Of a stretch of DNA of 64,000 nucleotides, positions 37,602-51,380 are shown in pieces; within the stretch, counting starts at the first letter, position 1, and each line of letters opens with the position of its first letter. The stretch covers positions 64,480,001-64,544,000 of the forward strand of contig NC_043005.1 in the NCBI RefSeq assembly GCF_006345805.1, written 5' to 3'. The DNA comes from Octopus sinensis (Eukaryota). The notes below the pieces were generated by a model. That model was not told the DNA's origin. It did not search any database and saw only the letters and a program-made list of their open reading frames with translations. The translations under genes and the position numbers were made by a program.

Positions 37602-37857
37602 CATACACATACATTGATATACATATAGATATACACACACACATACATACATACATACACACACATATATATACATGTCAAAAAAGAAAATGGAGGGGAT
37701 ACAAAAATGACATGCATCAGCCAGTAGACATTCTATTATGTCTATTTATTCTAAAACATAAGGAACTATTATAAGAATACATACACATGCAACGACTGTG
37801 TGTTACTATCCCTTAGTTGGTTACCTTACCAACCTCTAACAACTCTTATGGAATTAT

Positions 37858-37973
<116 letters not shown>

Positions 37974-38802
37974 GTATATATGTATATATAAATATATATA
38001 TATATGTATATATATATATATTTGTTTTTGATGGGCTTCTTTCAGTTTCTGTCTACCAAATCCACCTCACAAGACTGTAGTTGGTCCAGGACTATAGTAG
38101 AAAACACCTACTCAAGCTGCCAGACAGACAAATTGAACCCAGAACCATGTGGTTGGGAAGCAGACTTCTCACTACACAAATGTGTGGTGCATGTGTGTGT
38201 GTGACTGCATGCAAATGCATGTGTGTGTGTGTGTGTGGTGGATATATTAGTTTATTAGAACGATGTCTTTCACAAGATTAGCCTTGTTTCCATCATTTAA
38301 AAATTTCTAGAGAAATTCTAAAGAAAATATTCATCTGTTAAGTCAGTATTTAAACTTTTTTATCTTTGACTTGTTTCAGTTATTGGACTGCGGCTATGCA
38401 CTGCTTTGTAGGCACATACGAATTGTAGGTCAAACAAATTAACCCTTGTACTTATTTCATTTTTAAAGTGTGGTACTTTTTCTATCAGTTTTTGTTGCTG
38501 AACTACTAAGTTATGAAAGCATAAATAAACCAACACTGGTTGTCAAGTACGAAACAAACACAAATGCAAAGACACACACATATAGACTAACAGTATTTGA
38601 TGGCATTCAAGATGTACTCATATATATATTTGTATAGTAGAATCAGAAATAGCAAATCCTTTGTACAGTATTATATTAATATATATATATGGTGATGATG
38701 ATGATGATGATATATATAATAAGGGGTAGAATTAATTAATTGACTAATTAATAATTTTTCCAAGTAGTTCGGTATGTTAAAAGAACCATTACTGGTAAAC
38801 TT

Positions 38803-39005
38803 TAACAAAAATTCTTAAAATTATGAGTTTAATTATAATTAGGGTAGAGCAAAAAAATTTACTTCACCACATACCGAAATTTAGAAATAGCTACTTCTCT
38901 GGTAGAGCTAGTTTTGGCTGCTATTTCTAAATTTCGGTATGTGGTGAAGCAAATTTTTTTACTGAACCCTAATTATAATTATATTCATAATTATAAGAAA
39001 TTTTG
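38803..39005. repeat. Palindrome with arms of about 85 bp
   Basis: Arms 38803-38890 and 38920-39005; shares AATTATAATTAGGGT and GAAATAGC with the 24590 palindrome. Confidence 0.8.
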
Positions 39006-39081
39006 TTTATATATACTCACACATATGCACGCATGTGTAAACATATTTATTATCTATAATAGATATGTTAACACATTTCAA

Positions 39082-39473
39082 TCTCTATATATATAAAGCT
39101 AAAGTTGTCTGTGTATGGCAGGTTTGGTAGCCTTCATCTAACACTGTCTCCTCCGAGACCCTGCGGTGCAAGTTGACCAAAATTGAGAGTATGATAGAAG
39201 AAGGCTTGCTCTTCCTTCCGTAGAAGAAAAAAATTCAAATCGGACCATGTTAACACCAAAAATTATTTACATCCAAAAGGTGCTTTTTTGCTATGAAAAT
39301 CCCTATTTTTTACGATTTTTTTACTCCTGTGTGCCATTTTTCGGAGTATTTCAACCAGAAAAATGTTCACTTAAAGAGAATAACAAGCTACATAATGCAA
39401 AATTTTTACTTTTCAAAAATTCCAATTCTAAAGGGTCGAAACAAACCCGAGCAACGCTGGGCGATACTGCTAG
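39082..39473 (+). mobile_element. Non-autonomous Helitron, family 1
   Basis: A|TCTCTATATATATAAAG ... CCCGAGCAACGCTGGG...CTAG|T. Confidence 0.82.
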
Positions 39474-40224
39474 TATATTTATAAACTATTTAAGTTGCTT
39501 TTGTTACATAAAAACATGATGAGTTACTCCCCTTCTTTGAAGAAACATTAATTTTCTTAATTCCTTCCCTTTGAACAGCTATGGTGAACAAAAAAAAAAA
39601 AAAAAAAGAAAAATGAGTTGCGTCTTTCACAAGCTAATTTGTATCATTAATAACCGAAAATGGCAACATGGTGTCTGTTATTTGGGGAAAAGTTAGAATA
39701 CAGAGACTAAGAATTGTGGCAAATCCTAGGATGGAGATGTTTCTTGACTGTGTGCATATATGTTTTTTGTGTTCTCATGTGTACACGAGTGTGTGTGTGT
39801 ACGCGCGTGTGTATATGTAAGTAGGTGTGTACGCATGCATTTGCATCTATGTGTAGGATGATATAAGTGTTCTGTATGTGTGCATGTATATATTAGTAAA
39901 CAAATTTGTAAACTTGCTGGGGCTGCCTGCTGGAGCCTAGCAGCGGGTATTTAAAGGGAAATTTGACAAGACAGTCAGTCGCCCGCTGACACTCGTTCAA
40001 GAGGCCAGGGAATAGAAGAAAGAAGGAGAAAGAAGACATGCACTCAACACCAGAGCTGAAGACACCTCCGATAGGGTGGGGCCCCGCCACGTCAAAACAG
40101 TAGAGGAGTAGGGGCCGAAAATGGACGTGGTTCCTCCTGATGATGTCTTGAGCTAACTGGATCCTATAAAGGAGCTGTTGTGGTAGCAGACCACGAAACA
40201 TGGTAGAAGTTCCTTCCTAGATGG

Positions 40225-42025
40225 GAAGTGGAAAACTATGGACACATAAAAGATGCAGTGGCATCACAGGTAGATTAACAGATAAAGTAGTCTTTGTATG
40301 TGGCAGAAGTGCAGGAGCAATAATCACTAAGAGCACACAGAACTTAGATTCTCTCAAATGCCCAGGAGGATCTCTTGGGATTGTAGATAATTTCTGTTAC
40401 CCAAATTAGCAATGGTGGAGGATGCTCTGAATGTATTGTTTCTATAATAAGAATTGGCGGGAGGAAGTTCAAAGATCTGTTACCTCTGCTGGCAACAAAA
40501 GGACTCTCTCTCAGAGTGAAAGGTAGACTATATGATGCTTGTGTGCAAACGGCTATACTTCATGGTAGTGAGACATGGGTTCTGAATGCTGAAGACATGC
40601 ATAGACTGGAGAGAAACGAGGGTAGTATGCTCTGTTGGATGTGCAACATCAATGCACAGCACATGTATGACAAAGTACAAATATATTGAGAGAAAAGTTG
40701 GGCATTAGAGGAATTAAATGTAGCATGCAAGAGAGAAGACTATGTTAGTTTGGATATGTGATGCATATGAATGAGGACAGCTGCATAAAGAAGTGCTGAT
40801 CACTGAACGGGGACAGTACCTGCAGAAGACATGGGATGGAGTGGTAAGGACCAATCTCAGGAGGTTGAACCTCACAGAGGAAATGACCACGGACTAAGAT
40901 GTCTGGCAATATGAAGTTCCTGAGAAGACCCGCCCACACATCAGCGAAACTGAGTTCTAGAAGCACTGTGTCCCACCCACACTTAACAAGAAAACTTCTC
41001 ACACATTCTACCACAACGAACCAAACTACGTCTCTACATCTTTTCTCTTCCTCACATTTCTGCTTCATGTACTATGATTACCTTCCATGCCCCAATCTTG
41101 CCCTCTTGACCCGGTGCCACTGTATCATTGCCCTCTGCTTGCCCCCGACCTGGGTGTTCACCCACATGTAACAAGAAAACTCTTCCTTTACCCTACCCCA
41201 ACAAACCAATCTACATCTCTTCCCTTTCTCGCATTTCCTCCTTCATTCACTATTCCTAGCTCTCACTCCTTGCCTAGGCTCTCACACCCCTCTTTCTCTG
41301 TATCATTGCTATCCGGTAGACCCCCCCCCCACCAACCAACTCTATATACTCCCACTTACTCCCACTTTTTAATCACACTCCCTTCACAATATCCTGTCAT
41401 ATTATGGAATTTGAACCTCAAGGCTATGCCCTGGTACTTGCCACTATCTATTTCTCCCTCCTCCTTTGCTCAGCCATCTCATTTATACCCTGATCCCCAT
41501 TCCTTGTGAATATGGCCGGCATTTTGCCACCATCCCCATCTTGTGGTCTCCCACTCTTTCTCTCTTTCTCTTTCACTTCCCTCAGGCTGAGCAACCATGT
41601 ATTTTCTTTGCGGTAGCACACATGTTTCTGTTTTCATCCCTGATCTTTCTCTCTCCAGTCAGGTAACTTTGTACTTCCTCTACAGCAAGACACCTGTATC
41701 TGTCTCACTATAACCTTTTCATCATCACCTCCTCCAATGCTTCCTCCTCCCTTTAAAGTTTTTCTCTTGCAAATACTTGGTGACCCTGTCAGTGCAGGTG
41801 TCACTTAAAACCACCCAGTCCACACTGTAAAGTGGTTGGTGTTCGGAAAACCTTGCCAAAACTGACCTCGCCCGTGCTTATGCTGCATAAAAATCACTAA
41901 GTCCACTCTGCTGAGTAGTTGGTGTTAGGAAGGGCATCCAGCTGCCAGAACAGTCACAGAAGTCTGGTGCAGGCTTCAACCTGGCCAGCTCTTGAACACA
42001 GACGTTAAATGAGGATGATGATGTG
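40225..42025 (+). mobile_element. 5'-truncated RTE-clade LINE with long pyrimidine-rich 3' UTR and (GAT)n end
   Basis: KLWTHKRCSGITGRL..FVCGR (Cys-rich insert), IVDNFCY, LLATKGLSLRVKGRLYDACVQTAILHGSETW; conserved tail ends gacgttaaatgaggatgatgat. Confidence 0.8.
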
Positions 42026-42827
42026 TCTATATAGTGTGTGTGAATAACATATTACCATCATTTTTCTATGTCTGTTTTCTATGCTGACATAGGTCAGACA
42101 GATCTGGCATAATACAAGTCACACTTATTCATATTTAATATTCTCCTAGAGAGGGTAGAGAAACACATCTAACCTGGACATTTCAAGCTTTGGCATCCTA
42201 TCACATATGCATGCACGCACGCACATATGTATTAGAGGGCATATGGCCTAGTGGTTAGGGTGCTGCACTCACAATCAAGCGATCATGATTTCAATTCCTA
42301 GATTAGGTGGTATGTTGTGTTTTTGTGCAAAACACTTCATCTCACATTGCTCTTTGACCTTTGAGATGTAGCACACCGTGCTCCTGTTTTGATGGAGTAA
42401 GTGAGCTAATATGTGACATGAACATTTGATCACTATAAACAAATCATTTGTACAGGTCATTTGGCAATGCTGAACATGCATATGCTGTCTTCGACAGAAG
42501 AGTCCATCATTTGTATGCATAGTAATCGAAGTGTGTGGTATTATATATCTATTATAGCCATTCTCACTAAGCAGTTTCACACTAGGGGTTAAACTCAGCA
42601 TTAGATAACAGCTTGACTATGTAATCTTGTACTCTTCAGCGAGGGCAGTTATGGATCAGGCCGTTATTTAACACTCCATTGAACCCCTAGAACAAGACCA
42701 ATTGGAAAGATCATGTACAATGGATATGTAATATTGTACACTTCAATTAATATACCAATTCTATTGACAAATATACAAGTGCATATTGTTTTTGATTTAT
42801 AGATTCTAAGACAACAATGTATATATA

Positions 42828-42869
<42 letters not shown>

Positions 42870-42875
<6 letters not shown>

Positions 42876-43242
42876 CTGACGTTGTCTGTGTATGGCAGGT
42901 TTGGTCACCTTCAACTAACACTATCTCCTCCAAAACCCTGAGGCACAAGTTGACCAAAATTGAGAGTATGATAGAAGAAGGCTTGCTCTTCCTTCCGTAG
43001 AAGAAAAAATTCAAATCGGACAATGTTAACACCAAAAATTATTTATATCAAAAAGGTGCTTTTTTTCTATGAAAATCCCTATTTTTTACGATTTTTTGAC
43101 TGCTGTGTTGTCATTTTTCGGTGTATTTCAACCAGAAAAATGTTAACTTAAAGAGAATAACAAGCTACGTAATGCAAAATTTTTACTTTTCAAAAATTTC
43201 AATTCTAAAGGGCCGAAACAAATCCGAGCAGTATACTGCTAG
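42870..43242 (+). mobile_element. Non-autonomous Helitron, family 1 (3' hairpin deleted)
   Basis: Body matches 39082-39473; ends tactgCTAGt. Confidence 0.78.
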
Positions 43243-43319
43243 TATATGTATATATACTGCTAGTATATGTATATATCATCATCATCATCATCGTTTAGCG
43301 TCCGTTTTCCATGCTAGCA

Positions 43320-43355
<36 letters not shown>

Positions 43356-43757
43356 CAGAAGAGGAGGTTGAAGGACTAGAACATGAGTGTGCACATGCAT
43401 GAGTGTATGTATATGTGTAATATTTACAAAGGAGATAATTCTTTCCTGTAAACTTTATGGGTTATCATCATAGAGAACGTTTCAAAACAATCTTCTGGTT
43501 ACTTCTTACTTGAAACAAGCTAAAGTGTAGCTCTTGTATAATAAACAGTAATGATGAAATATATATCATGGTCTAGATAAGAAATCAGTATTAATGTGCC
43601 TCATTTCTTTTGTGTCAAAGATGGTGGCTACTGAGACTGAAAAATTGTTGTGTAAAATTGGAAGAGTAGATTATTAGCTATTTCTAATTTAGATGTATAC
43701 GCAGGGATTTAAGTGCTATGATAAGCCATAAAGGTAAAAACAACCAAACATAAACAC

Positions 43758-43860
43758 CTGTTGATATATGTGCTGGTTTGATGGTCTGTAAAGCCAATTC
43801 TGCTTCTAGAAGGGCAGGTTTGGCAGCTTCCAATTTCTTCTCTGCAATTGCTTTGTCATC
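43758..43860 (-). CDS. DNAH5: Dynein heavy chain exon 7 (end of CC1, start of microtubule-binding domain)
   Basis: Manual translation [34 protein letters not shown](V); ttttag/gtgttt; 103 nt, phase 0 to 1. Not in the ORF track. Confidence 0.93.
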
Positions 43861-43913
43861 CTAAAAGCAGAAAGTAAAAGAAAATTAATACTACTAATAC
43901 ATACACAGACAGA

Positions 43914-43944
<31 letters not shown>

Positions 43945-44003
43945 CATAGGGAATAAAGACTTATAGCTCCTACTCTTAGATCCAGTTTAATTTTTGTCAA
44001 AGT

Positions 44004-44433
44004 AGGCGTAGGAGTGGCTGTGTGGTAAGTAGCTTGCTTACGAACCACATGGTTCTGGGTTCAGACCCACTGCGAGGCACCTTGGTCAAGTGTCTTCTAC
44101 TAGAGCCTCGAACCGACCAAAGACTTGTGAGCGGATTTGATAGACAGAAACTGAAAGAAGCCCATCAAATATATGAATATATATATATATGTGTGTGTAT
44201 GTATGTGAGTGTGTGCGTGTGTATGTTTGTGTGTCTGTGTTTGTAACCCCACCCAACATCGCTTGATGACCGATGCTGGTGTGTTTACGTCCCCGTAACT
44301 TAGCGGTTCGACAAAATAAACCGATAGAATAAGTACTAGGCTTACAAAGAATAAGTCCTGGGGGCGATTTGCTCGACTAAAGGCGGTGCTCCAGTATGGC
44401 CACAGTCAAATGACTGAAACAAGTAAAAGAGTA
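44004..44433 (+). mobile_element. SINE family A
   Basis: Full-length match. Confidence 0.85.
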
Positions 44434-45769
44434 TTGATCAGGTTTTTAAACAAAACAATTATACGAAAGAATATGCAAGGGGAATAACTCGAAACCTTAG
44501 AATTAGCTCCCTTGCAGCATGCCTTTTTTTTTCAGAAAAAATGAGTTTCTAATTTAAACAAAAGGTCAAATATGGTGACTGTTTGTTTGATCAAATCGAA
44601 CTACAGGACTTGAAGAATACATTTTTTCATCAACCCGGAATTTGAAATATGTATGTAAGGATTTGTAACGGAACAATTTAGGTATGCTTTACTAACTCAA
44701 AAATAGCTATATTTCTATTCAATTTGTGTATTATCTTGTACATTTTATCTACTAATTTTCCCATCAATATGTTGGCAAGTAGAAATGGAAGGCATTGCTG
44801 ATAAGGTTATTTATAAAACTGAAACATGCACAGAGTTATCATCCGTTTTGCCAAAATAATTAAAAGTACGTTTTAATTGTTGTTGCCCAATATTGTCTTT
44901 CCCTTCTGACATGATCATTTCTAAACGTTCCCTACATTAAGTATGGGTAACTCTAACAAAACTAAAAACTTTAATTTGATATTTCATATTTTAGTCAAGA
45001 AATATTTGTTTTAATATTCGTTATTAGTTTATTTTAAGCATCAACGTTGAGGACATATTAGAGGACTGACTTCTGTATCCTGCATTGATATTCTATATTT
45101 CACAATAACTTGATATTAGAATTATCATACGGTGAATGTGATATTTGCATATGTCGGAAGCAAAAGTTTTTATTCAAATCACTTAAATATGAAGTTGTTT
45201 TTTTAGAACTAGGTCAACCCTGTTAAAATATATTTATCATTTAACATGGTCAATCCCTAACCATTCTGTTGTTTGTTTAGTATATCCAGAAATATATTAT
45301 CTAAGGTGACCTTTTCTTGTCAACAGAAAATTTGGGGAAGATCTGGTTGTTATTTTAAACAGGTCAAGTGACCATACATAACATCTTCGATTTTGCACTG
45401 GAACCATGTAGAAGTGCTTGTGCCGATATTCTACATATTTTGTATTTAAATGGATGATATCTAGCCTCTCGCACTTAACCTACATTGACATTTTAAAAAT
45501 AAACAATCACATCATTGAAACCTCAAAGCTATAACATAATGCATGATTAATTGAAAACAATTTGAGTGAAAAATTATTTCATTTAACAGAGTAATCTGAA
45601 CACTAAAGGGTTAAAAGCATTCAGCACACACTGTAAAGCGGTTGGCGTGAGTAAGGGCATCTAGCTTTTGAATCCAAGTCAAATCAGACTGGAACTTGGT
45701 GCAGCTCTCCTGCTTACCAGCTCTGGTCAAACAGTTCAATCCAAACCAAGCAAGCATGAAAAACAAATA

Positions 45770-45801
<32 letters not shown>

Positions 45802-46350
45802 GTAATTACCTCCTCTAACAAACAGATATAAAGAAGAATGTACATAGGATATAAAAATATTGGTAACTTCTCTCATAAACGTTCAGTCATTTGATGGCTC
45901 AAACCAACTTTGTTGACTAAAAAAATGCTCACTAAAGGTCAAGGCTGGATAATCATTCAAATCAATAGGCACTGGAATGGTATTTTGTTTCCTTTTTGCA
46001 AACCCCCTCATAGACTTGGACTTCAGCACTGCAACCCATTCGAGACATTTTCCTAATTTACAATAGCAACGAGTAGTTTCTTCTTATAGTAAATAGTTTT
46101 GCATGTTTTACCCACAGATACTCTGTGTGTTTACCAAGTAAAATATGAAAAACTTCTTATCCTTTCATAAGAGTAGACCGTGAGGCACTTCTACATATTT
46201 TGCATGGTCTTCAAGTCCGGGAGGAACAGGAGGAAAAAACCCCACAAATAATGTGCTATCCTCAGACTGAAAAACTTTCCCAAAAATACTTATAACTGAC
46301 TGGACTCCTCTACAGACATCCAAAACCTGGTAGTAATGCTAGGATTCTAC

Positions 46351-46553
46351 TCTAGGCACAAGGCCTGAAATTTTTGGAGAGGGGGCCAGTAGATTAGATC
46401 AACCCCAGTATGCAACTGGAACTTGATTTATCGACTCTGAAAGGACGAAAAGCAAAGTCGACCACAGTGGAATTTGAACTCAGAATGTAAAGACAGACGA
46501 AATACCTCTAAGCATTTCGCCCGGCGTGCTAACATTTCTGCCAGCTCGCTGCC
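46351..46553 (-). mobile_element. SINE family B (alternative 3' end)
   Basis: Family B head and body; related copies at about 47846-48065 (+), 48381-48585 (-) and 61247-61440 (+). Confidence 0.75.
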
Positions 46554-47409
46554 TTTGCTAGAGTTGTATACATTACAAAGAATTGTATTTGTTACTAAAG
46601 AACATATACTGTCCATTTTGGGGGCTTCACACAGTTTCTAACTACTCAATTTTACTCACAAGGCTTGGACTGACTTGAAGCTATAGGAGACATCTGCCCA
46701 ATGTCATGCAATAAAGCTGAATTCAAACCAACAAAAACAGATCCATACTTGATTTATATCACACCATCAATGCTATATTCCAATAAAAGAATATGATTTA
46801 AAATGGCCCTCTTTTCCAATGGCTCAGGAGTGATTACATGAATGCAAAATTCTTCAGTGAAGTCATAAGAAACCAGCAGCCCGCAAAAAGTTCACCCAAA
46901 TAATTTCAAAACATAAATTATACAGATGCATACATATTCACAATGGTTCGATTGAATGTAAGAGAGATCGAATTTTCTCAACACCAAAGGGAACAAAACA
47001 AAGGTACATACAAAAAAAAAGAAAAAAACCATAACACTAATAGCAGCAGTTATTATAAATGATGCCAAAGAATTTCAATCTGATTTGCTTCAACATATCT
47101 GAATCATTGGAAGAGTTAACTAAATACTTAGAAACAGCCCATAGGTTCAATAAACCAAACATTCAGGCATTAGATAGTCAGACTGCTAATCTAGGTTGAA
47201 ACTCATCAAATGATCAATATTTTATTCATAGTCATACCATCATTCTTGTTGACATGTTGCTACTTGGGACTGTCATTAGAGCATGTCACAAAGAGCATTA
47301 AAATCTATATTACATCCTTTAAATAGTTTCAGCTACAATGTTGAGAAAGAAATATTGAGTCAAGTACATCAACCTCAAAATAAAAATCAAAGGGAAATTG
47401 TATTTGTGA

Positions 47410-47745
47410 TACCCGTGCCAGTGGCACATAAAAAGCACCATCCGAACATGGAAAATACCAGCGCCACATTGACTGGCTTCCACGCTAGTGGCTCGTAAAA
47501 GCACCAACCGATTGTGGCAGTTGCTAGCCTCCCCTGGCACCTGTACCGGTGGCGCGTAAAAAGCACCCACTACACTCACGGAGTGGTTGGCGTTAGGAAG
47601 CGCAACTAACTGTAGAAACACTGCTAGATCAGACTGGAGCCTGGTGCAGCCTCCTGGCTCCCCAGACCCCGGTCAAACCATCCAACCCATGCTAGCATGG
47701 AAAACGAATGTTAAACGATGATGATGATGATGATAATGATGATGT
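47410..47745 (+). mobile_element. RTE LINE 3' tail fragment (representative copy)
   Basis: Same tail as 41800-42025; others at about 12270-12525 (-), 13225-13362, 45625-45801, 51960-52190, 52570-52810 and 56258-56460 (-). Confidence 0.75.
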
Positions 47746-48317
47746 CATAGTATATGTCACAAATTGTTTGTGATAGTGAGTTGTAAGTGTTGTTAGAGTA
47801 TAGGAGGATAGACTACTTTGCAGTGTTTATTATGGCACTCTATGAAGGTGGTGAGCTGGCAGAATCGTTAGCACATCAGGTGAAATGCTTAGCAGTATTT
47901 CATCTGCCATTACGTTCTGAGTTCAAATTCTGCTGAGGTCAACTTTGCCTTTCATCCTTTTGGGGTTGATGAATTAAGTACCAGTTGCATACTGGTGTCG
48001 ATCTAATCAAATGGCCCCCTCCCACCAAATTTCAGGCATTGTGCCTATGGTAGAAAGGATTATGGTTCTCTGCAGAGATCAACTTTACATTTCATCCTTC
48101 CAGTGTCAGTAAATAAGATACCAGTCAATTACAGGTGTTGGCGCTCTCTCTCTCTCTCTCTCTCCCAATCAACTATATTGTGTCCTGAGAAGACTCAAGG
48201 AAAACAACCCATAGTATTTCTTTCTTTTGAAAGGGCTTAGTAATCTTGTCTTAAAGAAAAAACTTATATGCTACTGAAAGTGTCCACAATTGACCTGATG
48301 AGCAGTATAGCATAAGA

Positions 48318-48348
<31 letters not shown>

Positions 48349-48597
48349 GGCGGCGGCAGCGGTGGTGGTCCTTCCTGCAATAAGCACAAGGCCTGAAATT
48401 TTGGGGGAGGGGACTAGTTGATTACATCAACCCCCAGTATTTCACTGGTACTTAATTTATTGACACCCCCCCCCCCAAGGATGAAAGGCAAAGTCGACCT
48501 CAGTAGAATTTGAACTCAGAACATAACGAAATACCACTAAGCATTTCGTCCAGCATGTTGATAATTCCATCAGCTCACCACCTTAATAATAATAATG

Positions 48598-48645
<48 letters not shown>

Positions 48646-48902
48646 TGTCTTAAGCAGGCTGCAAAACACTAAGAATGAGATATAGTAGACTAGTTTGTGA
48701 ATAACTTTTAGACAGTGATATAGGAATAATATTGGGGATTAAGGAATTATGAGAGTCAAAGCTTAGATGAAAATTCTAAGATCAATTGTACAAACAGCCC
48801 TTTCAAAGATCGTAATCAATTTTGAAAACTTTCGTTAGTCACATTAAGTAAATCAGGTGATCACATGGAAGGATCTATGATTAAGTTATCAAGTAATCTT
48901 AC

Positions 48903-49108
48903 TGATATAAGATCCACAATAGCCTGGGCCTTGTCCTTCACTGCTTGTACTTGACGTTTAACCTTTTCGGCTGCTTGGGCTTTTATGGTAACTTCCTTTA
49001 AGACTACGTCTGCTTCTTGGGAAGCAATTTCAAGCTCTTTTTCTTTCTCAACAAGTTCCAATGAGAGTTCGTTGACTGCTTCTGAAGCTTCCACCAATTT
49101 ACTTAGAC
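48903..49108 (-). CDS. DNAH5: Dynein heavy chain exon 6 (stalk coiled coil CC1)
   Basis: (G)[25 protein letters not shown]...QAIVDLIS; gtgcag/gtaaga; 206 nt, phase 1 to 0. Confidence 0.95.
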
Positions 49109-49217
49109 CTGCACACAATATCAACAAAGAGTTCAGAACACATTAAAGAGAAGGGTAAAGAACATAACAATTTGGTGAAGTGACATTATAAATTTTTTTC
49201 CAATCAATTCAAGACTG

Positions 49218-49506
49218 TTTCGTTTTTGGATTTGGTTTGCAAGATTCTTTATATGAGTTCGTGTGTTGAAGCATATTCTGTTGTGTCTGGGGAGAGTCAT
49301 TTTCTTTTTGTGCCTTATAATACAACACACACATCAGTAAAATTTCCACTTTTTTTTCTTACTTTTATTTTCCTAAAAATTTTCGTTGCATCTTGCAACC
49401 TTTTCAATAGCCTTGACTAGTAAAGAAAAAAAAAGTGGAAATTTTACCGGTGAGTGTGTAACATTATAAGGCACAAAAAGAAAATGACTCTCCCCAGACA
49501 CAACAG
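49218..49506 (-). mobile_element. Unclassified asymmetric hairpin element, copy 2
   Basis: Same sequence in the opposite orientation; 12-bp direct repeat aattcaagactg at 49206-49217 and 49507-49518. Confidence 0.72.
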
Positions 49507-49950
49507 AATTCAAGACTGGTTAACAGAAAAAGATAAACAAAAATAATGCAATAAAACAATAATAATAAATCGGTACAGACATGGCTGTGTGGTTAAGAAG
49601 CTTTCTTTGCAACCATGTGACTTCAGGTTCAGTCCCACTGTGTGCAGCATCTCAGGCAAGTAACTTGTACTCTAGCCCCAGGCTGTCCAATTGCCTTGTG
49701 AGTGAATTTGATGGACAGAAACCATGGAAGCCCATCTCTGTAACTTTTCGGATTGGTAAAACAAACTGACAGAAATAAGTAACTGTCTTTGAAAATATGA
49801 GCAAGGCCATTCTGCTTGGCTAGAACCTTTCAAGGCAGTGCCCCAGACTGACCACAGTCCAATAGCCAAAACAAGTAAACAATAAAAAATATATACATAC
49901 ACAAAAACATAAAACAAAACATGCAAATCTTCATATGCACTGACTCAAAA

Positions 49951-50092
49951 CATGCATGCATGCATGCATGCATGCATACATACATGCATGCATGCATGCA
50001 TGCATGCATACATACATACATACATACATACATACATACATACATACATACATACATACATACATACATACATACATACATACATACATACA
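49951..50092. repeat. (CATG)n/(CATA)n compound tetranucleotide microsatellite
   Basis: Direct reading of the sequence. Confidence 0.95.
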
Positions 50093-50105
50093 AACAAACA
50101 AACAA

Positions 50106-50340
50106 GGGCAGTGAGCTGGCAGAATCGTTAGCACGCTGGGCAAAATGCGTAGCCGTATTTCATCTGCCATTACGTTCTGAGTTCAAATTCTGCCGAGGTC
50201 GACTTTGCCTTTCATCCTTTCAGGGTCGATAAATTAAGTACCAGCTACACACTGGGGGTCGATGTAATCGACTTAATTCATTTGCCTGTCCTTGTTTGTC
50301 CCCTCTATGTTTAGCCCCTTGTGGGTAATAAAGAAACAAA
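50106..50340 (+). mobile_element. SINE family B within a (CATA)n tract
   Basis: ggcagtgagctggcagaatcgttagcac head; gtgggtaataaagaaa tail. Confidence 0.85.
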
Positions 50341-50967
50341 TACATACATACATACATGCACATATACATACACAGATGTATGCATGTATGTAAAAATACT
50401 GCGTTGATGTTGTTGAAATTCAAACAAAAGGAGCCTTGGATCTAGGTTAGAAACCAGCCTTTTCCACTATTGGCAAAATATCTTGCAATAAAACTGAGTA
50501 ATTATACACACACAGACACACACACACACACACGATAATTAAATAACAAAGGAAAACAAAAACAGATTAATGTATTCATCCTTTGCTTACGGTACATTAA
50601 TATTTTAGAAATGGTCATTGCACAGTACACAGCATGTTAAGTAACCCCAGTAACACATCTTCAGAAAAGAAGTAATTATATTATTATTGCTGTAATTTGT
50701 CACACAAAGTATTTATGATTGTAAGAAGGAGGGAGAGCTATAAGGAGACCGGTGGATAGCCTCAAAGTCTACGTCGCAGTATTTAAGGAAAGATGTGTAT
50801 CATGAATTGTCACTATTAAACAGAGTTTAATTAATTTATGATGGTGTAAATAATATTGAATAGGTATTGGATTTCAAATTAAAAGATAATTAGCATCAAA
50901 AGCAACAGTAATTCTAAGAAATAAAGACAGGACGTAGAAACTTGCATATACTTAGGAATATAAGTAT

Positions 50968-51131
50968 AGGCGCAGGAGTGGCTGTGTGGTAAGTAGCTTG
51001 CTAACCAACCTCATGGTTCCGGGTTCAGTCCCACTGTGTGGCACCTTGGGCAAGTGTCTTCTGCTATAGCCCCGGGCCGACCAATGCCTTGTGAGTGGAT
51101 TTGGTAGACGGAAACTGAAAGAAGCCTGTCG

Positions 51132-51168
<37 letters not shown>

Positions 51169-51380
51169 TTGTGTGTCTGTGTTTGTCCCCCTAGCATTGC
51201 TTGACAACCGATGCTGGTGTGTTTACGTCCCCGTCACTTAGCGGTTCGGCAAAAAGAGACCGATAGAATAAGTACTGGGCTTACAAAGAATAAGTCCCGG
51301 GGTCGATTTGTTTGACTAAAGGCGGTGCTCCAGCATGGCCGCAGTCAAATGACTGAAACAAGTAAAAGAGTAAAAGAGAG
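50968..51380 (+). mobile_element. SINE family A (near consensus)
   Basis: Nearly identical to the copies at 3145 and 23695. Confidence 0.85.
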
